Shown: positions 27,201-39,045, counted from the whole stretch's first letter. The stretch is DNA of 63,563 bases, filler included, from Choristocarpus tenellus KU-1152 (GCA_964200185.2; 10 parts of 10 records of this genome joined end to end with filler, not necessarily neighbours in it), one strand, 5' to 3'. Notes: generated from the letters alone by a model not told the origin. Program-made: numbers and translations.

Positions 27201-27554
27201 GGGCATTCTCCCGATATTGTCGAAGGCATGTCATCTCCCTGACCGTTGGAGTCGGTTGATGGCAGTAAGACAGTGTCGATGAACTGCGCTGGAGCAAGGG
27301 TGGTTTACAAGACTTCTCATACTTTCATTTACCGTGTCATTCCTTGATGCTCAACTCACATGTTTTATCAATGATTTGCCTGATCGTGTCCCTCGGGCAT
27401 AGATTCGCTGTTGACGAGCAGACTCGTGCAACCTGACCTTCGTTCGAGTCCGTGTATCATTCTTTTCAAGATCTCTCATGCTAGCCCAGATCTCATCCAC
27501 ATTCATCCTGCGTTCGACATTAGTGCCGTTGCCGATAGCGGTTATTTCTCTCAT
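18260..27554 (-). CDS. DNAAF5: Dynein axonemal assembly factor 5 (HEATR2), about 18 exons
   Basis: In-phase GT-AG exons 27554-27360, 27283-27112, 26995-26677, 26497-26324, 26143-25876, 25553-25495, 23863-23677, 23486-23407, 23223-23163, 23041-22832, 22674-22513, 21517-21375, 21162-21068, 20829-20513, ~20386-20222, [unresolved], ~19635-18922, 18413-18260. Motifs RRLADPVEGCRE, EDSEELRLLL, RHRHAKVRLAAVEA, LPDRYDHQTRILPYLL and RPRIGARLYV are characteristic of DNAAF5. Confidence 0.9.
25148..25225. repeat. Intronic 13-bp tandem repeat (cagtcttttgtaa) x about 6
   Basis: Directly visible. Confidence 0.95.
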
Positions 27555-27793
27555 ACGTTCCAGGGCTCTATCTGTGTCCCTCTTCCAGCCCCCGAAAAGA
27601 TACTGGTGATACGCAATTATGCAACAATAGATTTTGCAAGATCACGATCAACGTTTCGTCACCCATGTCGCAAGGTTTCATGATCATGTTAAGGCGTTTT
27701 TGATATTGCAATGTTCAATAAAAACAAAATTGTTTTGGAACACCAACTTTTCAAAATAAGCAAAGCAGATAGTACAAGATAGAGTAAAGACCA
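27555..27793. promoter_or_regulatory. Putative bidirectional promoter between DNAAF5 and NCBP1
   Basis: Divergent ATGs at 27554 (-) and 27794 (+), 239 bp apart. Confidence 0.6.
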
Positions 27794-29295
27794 ATGGATG
27801 ATCAAGACCGACGTGGGAGTCGACGGCATTATCGAGGCACGTATCCCAAACGGAAATGCACATCTTTCTGGGTACCAAAGAAACCTCTGTCACCTGCTGA
27901 GATCTGACTGTATTCGTGATTTTTCTCAGGAGGTGGAGGGAGTCGCTTCAGGAATGGGGGTGGCGGACAAAGGAGGGGCGGGCGGGATGCGTACCAAGAT
28001 CCACAAGAGGAAAAAATAAGGAGCCTTAAGCTGTTGTTGACCAAAGTGAGAAGTGCTTTTTAAATGCCGTTTTGGTTAGTTGATAGACAGGTGGCGGGCC
28101 GCCATACATTTTGTTATGATGGATGGTGTATCATTACGTTTCTATCGTCGTGGCTTAAAGTAGGACTTTGGATAGGCGACTTATTGTATACATACCTGAT
28201 GTTGCGCATCTTTCGTTGTGGGATTATTTATACCTGTCCTCTTCAAGTGGTATTGCAATCTTGACATTGAGAACAACGGGACACAAGGCAGTGAAAGCCT
28301 ATATATTTGTGGTGGGTGTCGATAATCTAAAATGCTCAGACCTTCTGCGAGTCCACCCTGTAGTAAAAGAAATACATCTATTTCAAGTCATTGGTTGTGC
28401 TTCAAAATGTGAAGGTAGACCAATTTGATCATGTAGTAGGTACGAGGTATTCCACTGATATGACCAAGGCTGAGGAAGACTGAGCCAGGCCTCAGGCATC
28501 CGGTATGTGTTATTTCCGCTCAAACTGGTGAGCAAGGAGTGATAATAATCTCGATTGTAGTGCCTTTTCTGTTCTGTTTCCAAGTACTTTTAATTTGTGT
28601 TGGTTGTTCAATTTTCCCTGGCTTTGCATCATCATGATTTGTCCATTGGATCTGATTGCTGTGCTAAGGAGTGCTGATGCCCACACTTGCTATGACCAGG
28701 TAGCAGATCCTAGCAAAGGAAATCCAAACGTTCCGCTAGAGGAAGTATTGGTTGATGTATCGGCAGCGCTATTGAACAGGGGTTTCCTGGAGGGTGGAGA
28801 AGACACCAAGGAGCTTGCAAAAGTTATGGTGGAGGCGGCAGGGTCCCTCAGCATGCAATCATCGGTATGGATTAAATCTTGAGTTGACAAGGACCTGCAA
28901 TATATGTTACGACCTTTTAGCCTTAGCTGTCCTCATATATATCCATACATGTTGATAGAAATTCTTGTTTGATGCCACCGCACAACACACACAACATACA
29001 TACAGGCGTATGCGGTGATTACTTCATTGGTGGCACCTCTGGGTAAGTGCCCAACCACTGTGCAAAATCACACTGCAAGGGAGGTACAGGAAACAAGAAA
29101 AGGGAGTGCAGATGGCTCAGATCAAGAGAGGGAGAAGGATGACTCTGAAAGTCCAAGACTGTCCCCTCAAGCAGAGGATGCTGTGGATACAGGGCCATCC
29201 TTTGGGCGCCTGGTGGTGGATGGGACCTGTGTGGCGTTCACAGCTGCTCTGAAAATTGTGCGTGGCCAACCCTTAGGGATAATGGATATTCAGTG
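27794..29295 (+). CDS. NCBP1: Nuclear cap-binding protein subunit 1 (CBP80), 5' part, truncated by contig end
   Basis: Exons 27794-27836, 27930-28045, 28700-28864 and 29006-~29295 give MDDQDRRGSRRHYRGGGG..EEKIRSLKLLLTKVADP..LEEVLVDVSAAL..LAKVMVEAAGSLSMQSSAYAVITSLV..SFGRLVVDGTCVAFTAALK. This parallels the basic N-terminus and MIF4G start of CBP80 (LESLICKVGE..LESNLEGLAGVL..IYTTLVGLL..NFGGEFVE). Confidence 0.72.
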
Positions 29296-29955
29296 GTAAA
29301 GTGTAATCAAAACAGAGTACAACCAACCAACAGCACAGGAAACAGTAACACACAACCTGCCTACTTTCAGGCGTTTAAGAAATCTATTTGGTGTATCACA
29401 GTTCCAATTGAAATGATGTGGCTAAATGTATGTTGGCATGTGCTTGTGGTGCAATGATTTGGGGTATGCAAGTGATACAAAAACAGATAAGAACAGGAAA
29501 ATGCCCAAAGCAGATAAAATGGTGACACGTAGAACACACAATCAGGTGACCTGCTGTCTTGAGTGGAGGATGTCATAAGAGTTAGGGTTGTATAGACTGT
29601 TTTTTAGTATACTTGAAATGTCTGTTTTTGTGATTTGACTCTACTTTGATTAGAATGCTCCACAGTTTGAGTATTCATGAGCACTGTATTGAGCTGAGGG
29701 ATGTTGAGTGGGCCTGTGTGATTGGCTATTGGTCTATTGAACGATAGTGTGAGTGAGTTTCACACTGAGGTTGAGTTGGGGTGCTTGGCTTGAGTGGTCT
29801 GTCAAGCTAGTTTACTGCTCTGTTGTAGCCTTGGGTTTATAAGAAAATATGTAAGTTGGATGAGGTTGTGTGAATAATTTCATTGGTGTCTAGTTGGATG
29901 AGGTGATCTTTGTCTTTCTTGGTCACTTTTTTTTTTTTGACTGTTGCGACTGTTG

Positions 29956-30055
29956 NNNNNNNNNNNNNNNNNNNNNNNNNNNNNNNNNNNNNNNNNNNNT
30001 TAATTAATTAANNNNNNNNNNNNNNNNNNNNNNNNNNNNNNNNNNNNNNNNNNNN
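29956..30055. other. Artificial contig linker
   Basis: N44-TTAATTAATTAA-N44. Confidence 0.99.
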
Positions 30056-32411
30056 GGGGGGGCGCCTTCTCACAGGCAATGATGACCATCTCAGATGTTG
30101 TCAGGACATGATTCTTCTTGCCCACAATGATGGGACAGATTTCACTTGCAACAAGCAAGTCACCATTGACGACATTTTTGGCCAAGGGAGGGATGCATCT
30201 CCTCCGGTACTCCAAACCATGTGTGACGTCGAGTACCAAGGTGCTGCAACGGACACCCCCATGAGGGCCCTCCACTTCCTCGTTAACAGGTTCGTTAATA
30301 ACGTCACACACACTCTTCTTCACGGGAGCAGCGACTTTTTTTGTATAGGTGTAGAACATCGTTAAACAGTAACACAACAAGCTGGGTGACAGTTCAGGGG
30401 CGTCAAACCATACCACGAGTGTGTTTCCCTGAATCAATACGTTAAGCATCAAACCGCACGAAGAGTGTGTTGCCCTGTATCGGAACGTTACTCATACATT
30501 GCGACATGATGAATCCGTGCGCAATACAATGTACTCCTCGGGATAATTGACGAACTGCCCTCCTATGATAGGTACGCGAATGCTGGGGACACCGTCGTCT
30601 CCTTCAGCGCAGAGAGGCACAACGTGGTGGAGGCGGCCCTTGAACGGAGCAGGAGGGTGGAGGTGTTCGTGTCCAACGCGGCGTCAAAGGACGAGGTGAA
30701 AGAGAAGATGAAGACCTTCTTCGGCCAAGTCTACAAGGATGGCAAGTGCAAGTGGAAGGTAAGAAGGGTGTGTTGGCTTTATTTCCATTGCTTTCCAACT
30801 TGTTGTCAGTCTTGGTTCCCTATGGATAGGTCTTGGGCTTGCGATTGTTATAGGGATGTTTCCTTGTCGACATTTACAAGTTGCTAACACGGTGCACGCG
30901 GTTACCCACACCACCGCTGGAAATCACGAGTCCCCAAGACTTTGTGTGTGAGCGTCGGTACGTTGTAATGTCCTCCTTCCCCACACGAAAAAAACAAATG
31001 TGCTGCGGTACACCACAAGATTTTAACCAACGCCGGAATAACCCCTGCGTATGTGACGAAACCTTATCGCATGGCTAACCCTTCAATGCCACATGGTTGG
31101 GCTGTCACATGTACGCACATGATGTTGCAGGTATCCACGTCTCTTGTTCAAGAACCCGTGATAGGCCCTTCCTACCTGCCGAAAGCCTTGGGGCAGACCC
31201 TCGTCCCAACGGAGATGCAACGATGTTTTGCTGAGGCCAGCAATCCTCTGGGAAAGGCAATGGGACGCGATGAGGCGACCATTTTCGTTGCGAAGATGGT
31301 GGTGACGGACTTCGGCTACCAGATCGAGGTGAATCTGGTATAGAATGCACCAAGTTACATATTTTGTGAAGAACGAACGGCAGAGTCTAGCTCTTGGCAT
31401 GCAGAATAAACGTTTTTTTTATTCCTGAGTCCGAACCTATCTAATGCGGCACTCAAATATGTCGCATAGAAAACTATGGACCTTGCGGGTAAGTATTGGA
31501 TCCGTCGTGTGTTCAACGTTTTCCACAATAAGGTAGCCGTTTTTGCACCACCTTCGGACAAGATTACCTCCAAATCACGAACATTCATGAATGACCGAAC
31601 TCTGCCCCACCCCCCCAACACCCCTCCACCCCCCCCAACCCCACCACCGTCTTTCTCTTCCGCAATGCTCAGCCGTGTGCAAGCTCGTCCTCGAATCCCG
31701 AAGAAATGGCCTTATTCCCGATTGAAGGGGGAAAGACTACAAAGTCGGCAGAAATGACCTCCCTGCGTGGGGTGATCTCGAAGTGTATAACTCTCGATCA
31801 GAGGCCTCCATTCGATCTCTCTTGAAGGCAAAGAACAGTGCATTCGACTGCTTCATGTGGTCAACAACAGACAGCTCAAGGGCATGCTTTTGCCTGGAAT
31901 GGAGGTGTGTGGGCCGCGCGCAGAGCTCTACTTGCGCGTGGCAGCCACTTGCCCTCTCTACTACATGCGTTGGACCGAGAAGGCAGACGACGCCAACATT
32001 GAATTCCCGTCAAAAGTTCCGCAGAGCGGAAGCCGTCACCAGTTCCTCCTCCCCTTCTCCCAGGTTGGCCCTGGGCAGATGTTCGTCACGTCCGTAGTCG
32101 GGAGGATGTGCAAACCCCAGGCAAAGAATGAGATGAGATCACCATTCAACATGCTCCCGGGCCTTACAGTAGTGCGTTCTCGTGGGTTCGAAGTGCTGGA
32201 TTCGGATTCGGACTTGACGCCAATGACCACTAGAAAGCGCGAGTATCCCTCTTCCCGTACGGGTGGAAAGGGGAAAGGTCGAAAGGTATGGAGGGGTGCC
32301 GGTGATTCTGCAATGGAAGACGACCTGGAGTATGTCCGCGACGCGGAGGAGGACGAGGATGAAGAAGAGGATGATAGAGAGGAGGATGAAGGGGATGACG
32401 AAGAGGAGTAA
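30056..32411 (+). CDS. 5'-truncated spliced gene (possibly a pseudogene): divergent N6/N4 DNA-methyltransferase-like domain + SET-like domain + acidic tail
   Basis: Exons <30056-30289, 30572-30758, 31131-31337 (or 31328) and 31673-32411 have in-phase GT-AG junctions. The splice product reads LRCCQDMILLAH..FTCN..TDTPMRALHFLVNRYANAGDTVVSFSAERHNVVEAALERSRRV. The last exon needs at least one frameshift and ends in a DEEEDDREEDEGDDEEE tail. Confidence 0.6.
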
Positions 32412-34977
32412 GAAGAAGATCAGGACGGGGGGCAGGAAGGAGGGGGGGAGGGAGAGGCGGGTGGGCGCACACGTAAAGTAATGATTGACCAACGGCAAAC
32501 AGAGGATACAGGAGTGTTTTTGTTGATGCCTCGATCGTCCAGTAGTTAGTTCAAGCAGGTTGTTCGTGTGTCTGTTGAACTCCTGGCAACATGCTTACCA
32601 GAGTCGACACCCATTCTTGCTTCAGGTGACATGCACAGTTTAGCACAGTGGCAGGGGGAGGAGTACAACGAATGAGCAACAAATTGAAAAAGTTGATGTT
32701 TTCTTTTTTTTATGTGATGGAAATTTTTTTTAAACTATATTTTAGCCCTGGGCTGTTGTGGCCTTATTCTCCCTCTCCCTGTTGTTCTCTTGCAATGTGT
32801 GAAAAAACTTGCCCGAGAAAATCGATAAATGCAGATCGGCGTATCTGACAGGGTGGGGAGGGGGGCAGATCACAACAAACGATATCTCAGGAATGAGAAT
32901 TTCGTACAGAGAGGTCGATCATTATATAATGTCAATACTTACGCACTCAGTGTTAGCTTCTTCTACTTGGCGACGATAGCAATAATTGATAAACAATCTA
33001 ATAATATGGGAAATTAACACTTCTTCTCAGTCAAACATCCATAATGACGATGAAACGCTGCCCCGAAAGAAACATCGAAGTACTATTTTTTTCTCCCACC
33101 TCCACCATCGACAGTCAAACAACTCCACCGACCACACTAATTATTCAAGCAAGCAAGTCAACACAGGGCATACATGTGCACAACGATCAAATGAAACCAT
33201 TGCCGCCCCCCACACTTTGTCCTACTACCACCCTCGGCACATATTCCCATTCAAAAAGGGGCCCTTGAAAAGTGCCGCAACATTTACAACAACAAAAAAA
33301 ACATATATATATATATGGACACTTTCTGCGCAGCATTTTGGGTCAAACCCATCCTCCATAGTACGCTCCATCCTCAATTTTGCTGGGAGGCTGTTGTCGG
33401 GAGCAAACATGTAAAAAAAGTGGATCTTCATCTTTACCTAAGGACGCACGCACCTTCATTGACACTATCAGAAAAATGTTTTTGAAAAAGGCGATCACTA
33501 GAGTGAAGTAGTGCTAAAGAAGGAAAGACAACAGCAGACAGGCAGAAACAAGCAAGTCATTTATATCCGAAAATATTGGAGGCTAAGAACCTCTCCATTT
33601 CTTTATTGTTGAAATCAACAGAACAGAACCTGGGTTTATCTGTAAACTTAAAAATACACATATTATGACTCATTCTTCCACTTGATATTAGCTTGACCTA
33701 CTGATGCTTTTCCTACCTCATATGCTCACGCATCACCCACTACATCAACAAACCAGAAGCCACACTTCCGACTACTTCTTGCGAAATCCCCACAATCCAA
33801 CCCTAGCCCTTACCCAACACCAATTCCCCTTCTAGCAGACACTAAATAAATGACAATACTATTATTGAAGGAAGAGATGTAAGCACACCACACACACAGC
33901 ACTGTGAGGACGCAGCAGCCAACACCCAACCAACAATATGTTCTTACAATAGACTCAAGCATACACCCCTACTCACTCACAATATGTTACCGTTCTCAAG
34001 GGTTCACACCAAAACAGGCCAAGAACAGTCAAATCACCATGAGATAAAAAGGTAAGTGTCAAACCAACACCCAAAGTATGACCAGGAGATTTTAAAAAAG
34101 GGACTAGATCTTCATCTTGCTTGCCAGGGATACCCATACTGGGATAACAGGATGAGGGAGATCACAAACATAGAGACACAACAACACAGACGTAGGAAAG
34201 ATAGGAGCGTCAAGGAATCAACATTCACATGACTTGGTCCTTGTCAACAAACACAAAAAACAAGAACATCGGATCTGTCTCACACCTTCACAGGGGATCC
34301 AGATAAAAAGCCACCCGAATAACCCTGCCCACGGACAGATATCACAAAACATAAAAAACAAAGAAAACACCACATATACATTCATTTTATGTACGCTGCT
34401 GTAGAGAGGGTTAAAAAAAAAATGTGTTTTGAAAAAACGAAAAGAAATGCTTAACAATGAAGAGGAATAAAATGGACACAACCTTATGCTCTCTTTCACA
34501 ACTGAAACACAACACAGATTCAGTTAACTCTCTTTTCACTCCTCTTTGCTAACATATTTCATCTTCTTAAAACCTCCACTTCATCCTCTTTGAAATGCCC
34601 CCCTCTCCCCTCCCTCATCACACTGTATAAAAAAAAACAAAAATATCAAAATGAGCTTTTTTGTCCCCTCCTTCACACCCTCTGGTTCATTCGATTAATG
34701 CCCACACATGCAGTAGCCATAATAAAATAACTCATGTAACTTCCCCCCCCCCTCCCCACATCTTCCAGGTTTTCAAACAAACCTTGTTTCTAACAAAAAG
34801 AACTCTCCTTCACAACATGACCTGGCAAAAACACAAATACATGTGTGAAGAAACATCTCCAAAGTTGTAGAAACAAAAGACTCTTTCCTCTCCGGGACAC
34901 ACTCAGCACCTCGGCATGAATGTGTGGAAGGCACTTGACATAACGCTTTTTCTCTTCCCCCCCACCCCACCCCAAAC

Positions 34978-35077
34978 NNNNNNNNNNNNNNNNNNNNNNN
35001 NNNNNNNNNNNNNNNNNNNNNTTAATTAATTAANNNNNNNNNNNNNNNNNNNNNNNNNNNNNNNNNNNNNNNNNNNN
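34978..35077. other. Artificial contig linker
   Basis: N44-TTAATTAATTAA-N44. Confidence 0.99.
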
Positions 35078-35617
35078 TGGGGTGGGAAAAACGTTTGAGG
35101 CAGGCAGGGGGGGATTTTCTTCCCCCCCCCCCCCCAGATACTTTGAGCCAATCGCTACAATTAGAAGCACATACATGTACCAGTAGGGATTCGCAGGGGC
35201 CCCAAATGCTCAACACCAACCCCCCTTCAAGATAGGATAGCTCCTTACTATTCTGTATTACTTCCTGAATGAGAGAAATTTCAGTCAAGAGGCCTGCTGA
35301 GATTCCCCTGTACATGACAGTGAGTTTAGAGGTTGCCATCAGCCAGCCAGAACAAAAAGATGAGCTTGTGAAGCATTATTCAAATTTGTCTCACATCATT
35401 GAACCATTGCTTTTGATACATGTTCGAAGCAGTTCAAGGTTTCGCCTGAAATCGAAAAACAGTGCTAAAAATTTAACTCGACATTGAAACACTTCAAAAG
35501 ACAAGCAGTAAAACTGCGATAATCAAGCACAATGCCCTATCTATGGTATGCTGTATAGAAGTAGCACATTGCAAGATCTAGATTAGAGACAGCAGAGTAG
35601 TGGAGAAAGTAAGAGTC

Positions 35618-35862
35618 AAAGTATCTTAGAGGGTAGAGCCGCGTCCGTTTGGGGGCCAAAATCCAATGTTACGATTTTTGATGTAAATTTGACTATCGTG
35701 CTTGTTAGGAAGTGTCAATATCCTTGTTCCGAACACACCTTTTCATAATGTACACATTTCACTTCAAAACATTTTGGAGTAGGAAAATGCCATAAAAAAT
35801 CTGTGGAAAGCCAAGCCCCAAATGGACAAACAGAGTAAAATTCGTACCCTCTATGATACTTT
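35618..35862. mobile_element. MITE, second copy of the 10013-10260 family
   Basis: Same TIRs and colinear interior (gagccgcgtcc.tttggggg, ttaggaagtgtcaatatc, aagccaagccccaaatggacaaaca). Confidence 0.85.
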
Positions 35863-36541
35863 CACTCAGAAAATAGGACATTATCCATCGGCAATATATC
35901 AGAGAATAGAAAAAAAAACTAGCCAGTAGACATTGTTTGCCAGATACATCAATGCAGCAAGGGGCAATGACACCTTGCCACGTATCCATGCCTTGGTTTG
36001 CATGGTTGGCCAGGCAGCTCTTCAAGCCAACGCCAAACAAACAAATGAATGCAACACACTGGTGGCCAGGCAATATATACACAATACATTTGTTTGGGGA
36101 AACCAAGAGACAAGTACTGAAACTGCTCCAGAGTCCCCACGTAATACCTTGACAGTAAAATTAAAGAAACATTTAAGCATGGATGCTCACATGGAGACAA
36201 GTATCGAAGGCAGCAGTGCATAGCCAGGAGGGCTACCACAGCACCCAATACACCAAAAAACTAGCCAGGACCAAATCACATTCTGCAGCATGAGCATGCT
36301 CCCCCTTCGTGCCTGGTGTAGAAGGTAGCATCATCAACATACAACTGTCACAATCACACATGTAAAACCCTTCTATAGAACTAAGTGAAACCACACACAT
36401 GGACCACAGAATCAAGACAACACGTCAACACTCTGTGTATTCAAGGTGAACATCCAGCCTGCCTTCCAACTCCCTATTCGCAATAAACACCTCGTAATAA
36501 ATCTACTTCATCTCATAGGGTAAGCACATCAACTAGTTTTG

Positions 36542-38945
36542 TCAAATATCTTCACTGGAATAACCACCATCCCAACAGGACTCCGAGCCACCACCCCAGG
36601 GCTCAAGATTACCCTTCATGATCCGGGCAATCCTTGCCGTCTCTGAGTCCGCAAACCGAGGTGGTCGCAATGCCCCTGGACCCCATCTCAACTCTCTTTG
36701 ACCAGCAGTTCCCCTGCTGGGATCCACTGTCGAAAAAATTGGTGCATTGAACACTCCACCTACTTTCTTCCTTCCATCGACCAAGGAAGGCGGTATCGCC
36801 ACTCCTGTTGCCATTATCCCTGATCTTGGACCAGGATGGAACGGGTGGGCAAGTCCCTCCCCTGCTTCTGCATCAGTGGCAGTCGCCGACCTAAAAAGAG
36901 TGCTGTGGGTTTGCCGACCCTGATTCATGTTTTGCAACGGATGACTGTACAAAGTCGAAGGGTGTGGCATCGGATTTGGCACATGAGAGGAGGCATTGGC
37001 GCCTACCACAAAATCACCTTCATAGACTTTACCGCAAGCTTTTCTGCTTACACCAGTGGAGGAGGACTGCATGTCACGTTGGTCCTGACGAGAACCACCT
37101 CCCACAGTGGTGACTGTCTCCTGTATATTCTCCATTGGTTCAACACCCACGACAGCATGGGTGGGGACTGGAGTAGAGACTCCTTCCTCCGTTCTACCTT
37201 CCTTTGCAGTGTGATCATGGCCCACTATCACCCCCAAGGAAGTAGCAGCTGCTACCGCTGCCGTTTGTTCCCTTACACGTCTCCCCCGCCACAAGGCCTG
37301 CAATGTGACGGTAGCACGATCCCGTGTTCTCGCTCGCTCCGCTGCAGCTATTCTGGCTCGCAAGTCTGCCTCCTCCCTGACCAGACGCAATCGTCCCTGG
37401 TACGCCCGCCATGCAGACTGAATCCTGCCAGAGGCCCTGGCTTCTTGATCCCGTCGTCGCTGCCACCGTAGTCGTTCAATCGCTGCTGCCCTCACCTTTT
37501 GCTTAGCACGTGCATGCCGGAATGCTAACTGCAGGATGTGCGCAGCCTTGTTTCTTCTTGCGCCACGGTCTTCCATCACCTCTTGCCACCTCCGCCTCTG
37601 CCGCACGACGGCTGCCTTCTGGTACCCTTTCAGCCCTCTCCAAGCAGCTTGGATGCGGGTAGCTGCAAGAGGCATGTCAAGGATGTGAGACGTCGAAGCT
37701 GCATGGCTATCGCTGCTATCTCTCCTAGCACCACGGTCACCTCCATCATCTACCTCCAACCCGGTGCTGCTGCCCCTTCTCTCCACGTTGTTAGTCAGGG
37801 CACCAAGTTGTAAGTCCACGCGGTCTAGACTCATCACCATGCGGCGGAGATCGGCCAACCCCAACAACCCGTCCTCTGATCCCTCTTTGCTTGGTCGCCA
37901 CAGAGTAGATATCTCCCCAGCAGATACTCCTGCGGCAGCCTCTGTCCCAGTCCCTAACTCGCCACTCACTGGGAACACAGGAGATACGGGTTCTGAACCC
38001 ACTGGCAGGTCCCCTAGACCCGACTGTAGGTCATGAACAATCAGGGGGTGACTCACAGGGGAATAGGTGGAGTCAACACGCACCTGGCCATGTATTGAAG
38101 ACAGAACAGGTGGTGAGAGGTTTGTTCTACCTCCCCCATCGCTCCCCTCCCCAACTACCCCAGTCAAGGTTTCGTTTCTTGTGCCCATTTCACCACAAGT
38201 CTCATTCGAAATAGCAGCAAGGTTGAAGGTCTGTCCTCCTTCTCTTGAAGGGACGACAGCTTCCATCCCTACTTCTGGCTTCGAGCCCGACGGTGGTGCA
38301 TCTGTAGCGATGCCTGAGGGTGGTGGAAACCCAGCCGTAGACCTTGGGAACATTCCTTGCTGAACCAGTCCTGCAGATACAGGTGGCTCAGCCAGTGAAG
38401 GTGGTAGAGGCAATGTTTGGAACTCTGGTCGGACACTCACCTACAAAAAAAGCAAAGGGGATCAGGGAGTTATGGGGGGAATGGACCCCAAGCACTAATC
38501 AGAAACAGCACTCTAAAGTATGGATGCCACTGTCTTACAAACATGTAATGCGGCTCTCACTTTCTCCTCACACAGCAGCAAAACACGCAAAACTTAAGTT
38601 TGAGTGGGGGATTGCTTCATGCCACTTTATAGAACAGGGCACACGAAAAAAAGGAGACGGGAGGGGAAGTGACGCAAGTTAGTTGCGATGGGGGGTGTAA
38701 TACCATATTAGAAAAACAAGGTACAACATCAACCTTCTTGCACCCACCTTGAGCTGCCCTTGACTACGCTGTAGATCATCCAGCACATGATACCACCCAT
38801 TAACTTCCAGAAGACCTGCCGCCCCACACTGCTCCCCTGCCCCAGTCCCCATTCCCCCACACGCAGCACGGAGAACCTCCAACCCCACCACAGCTGAACC
38901 TATAAGTTTGTCACCGAGTCGGGTGCCAGGAAGGGGAGCCTCCCC
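36542..38945 (-). CDS. C2CD3-like C2-domain protein, 3' end, with four IQ calmodulin-binding motifs
   Basis: Exon >38945-38748 spliced to a 1.9-kb terminal exon 38440-36542 gives DKLIGSAVVGL..VNGWYHVLDDLQRSQGQLK|VSVRP, like the last C2 domain of C2CD3 ([22 protein letters not shown]). IQ motifs: IQAAWRG, LQLAFRH, IQSAWRA, LQALWRG. Confidence 0.75.
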
Positions 38946-39045
38946 NNNNNNNNNNNNNNNNNNNNNNNNNNNNNNNNNNNNNNNNNNNNTTAATTAATTA
39001 ANNNNNNNNNNNNNNNNNNNNNNNNNNNNNNNNNNNNNNNNNNNN
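38946..39045. other. Artificial contig linker
   Basis: N44-TTAATTAATTAA-N44. Confidence 0.99.

Noticed and set aside
30000-30452. 150-aa minus-strand ORF as the real gene
   Set aside because: The plus strand has consistent splice sites and motif continuity; the minus ORF is its shadow and runs into the linker
36836-38363. Plus-strand ORFs (e.g. 211 aa) overlapping the IQ exon
   Set aside because: Antisense shadows of a GC-rich coding exon; no recognisable motifs
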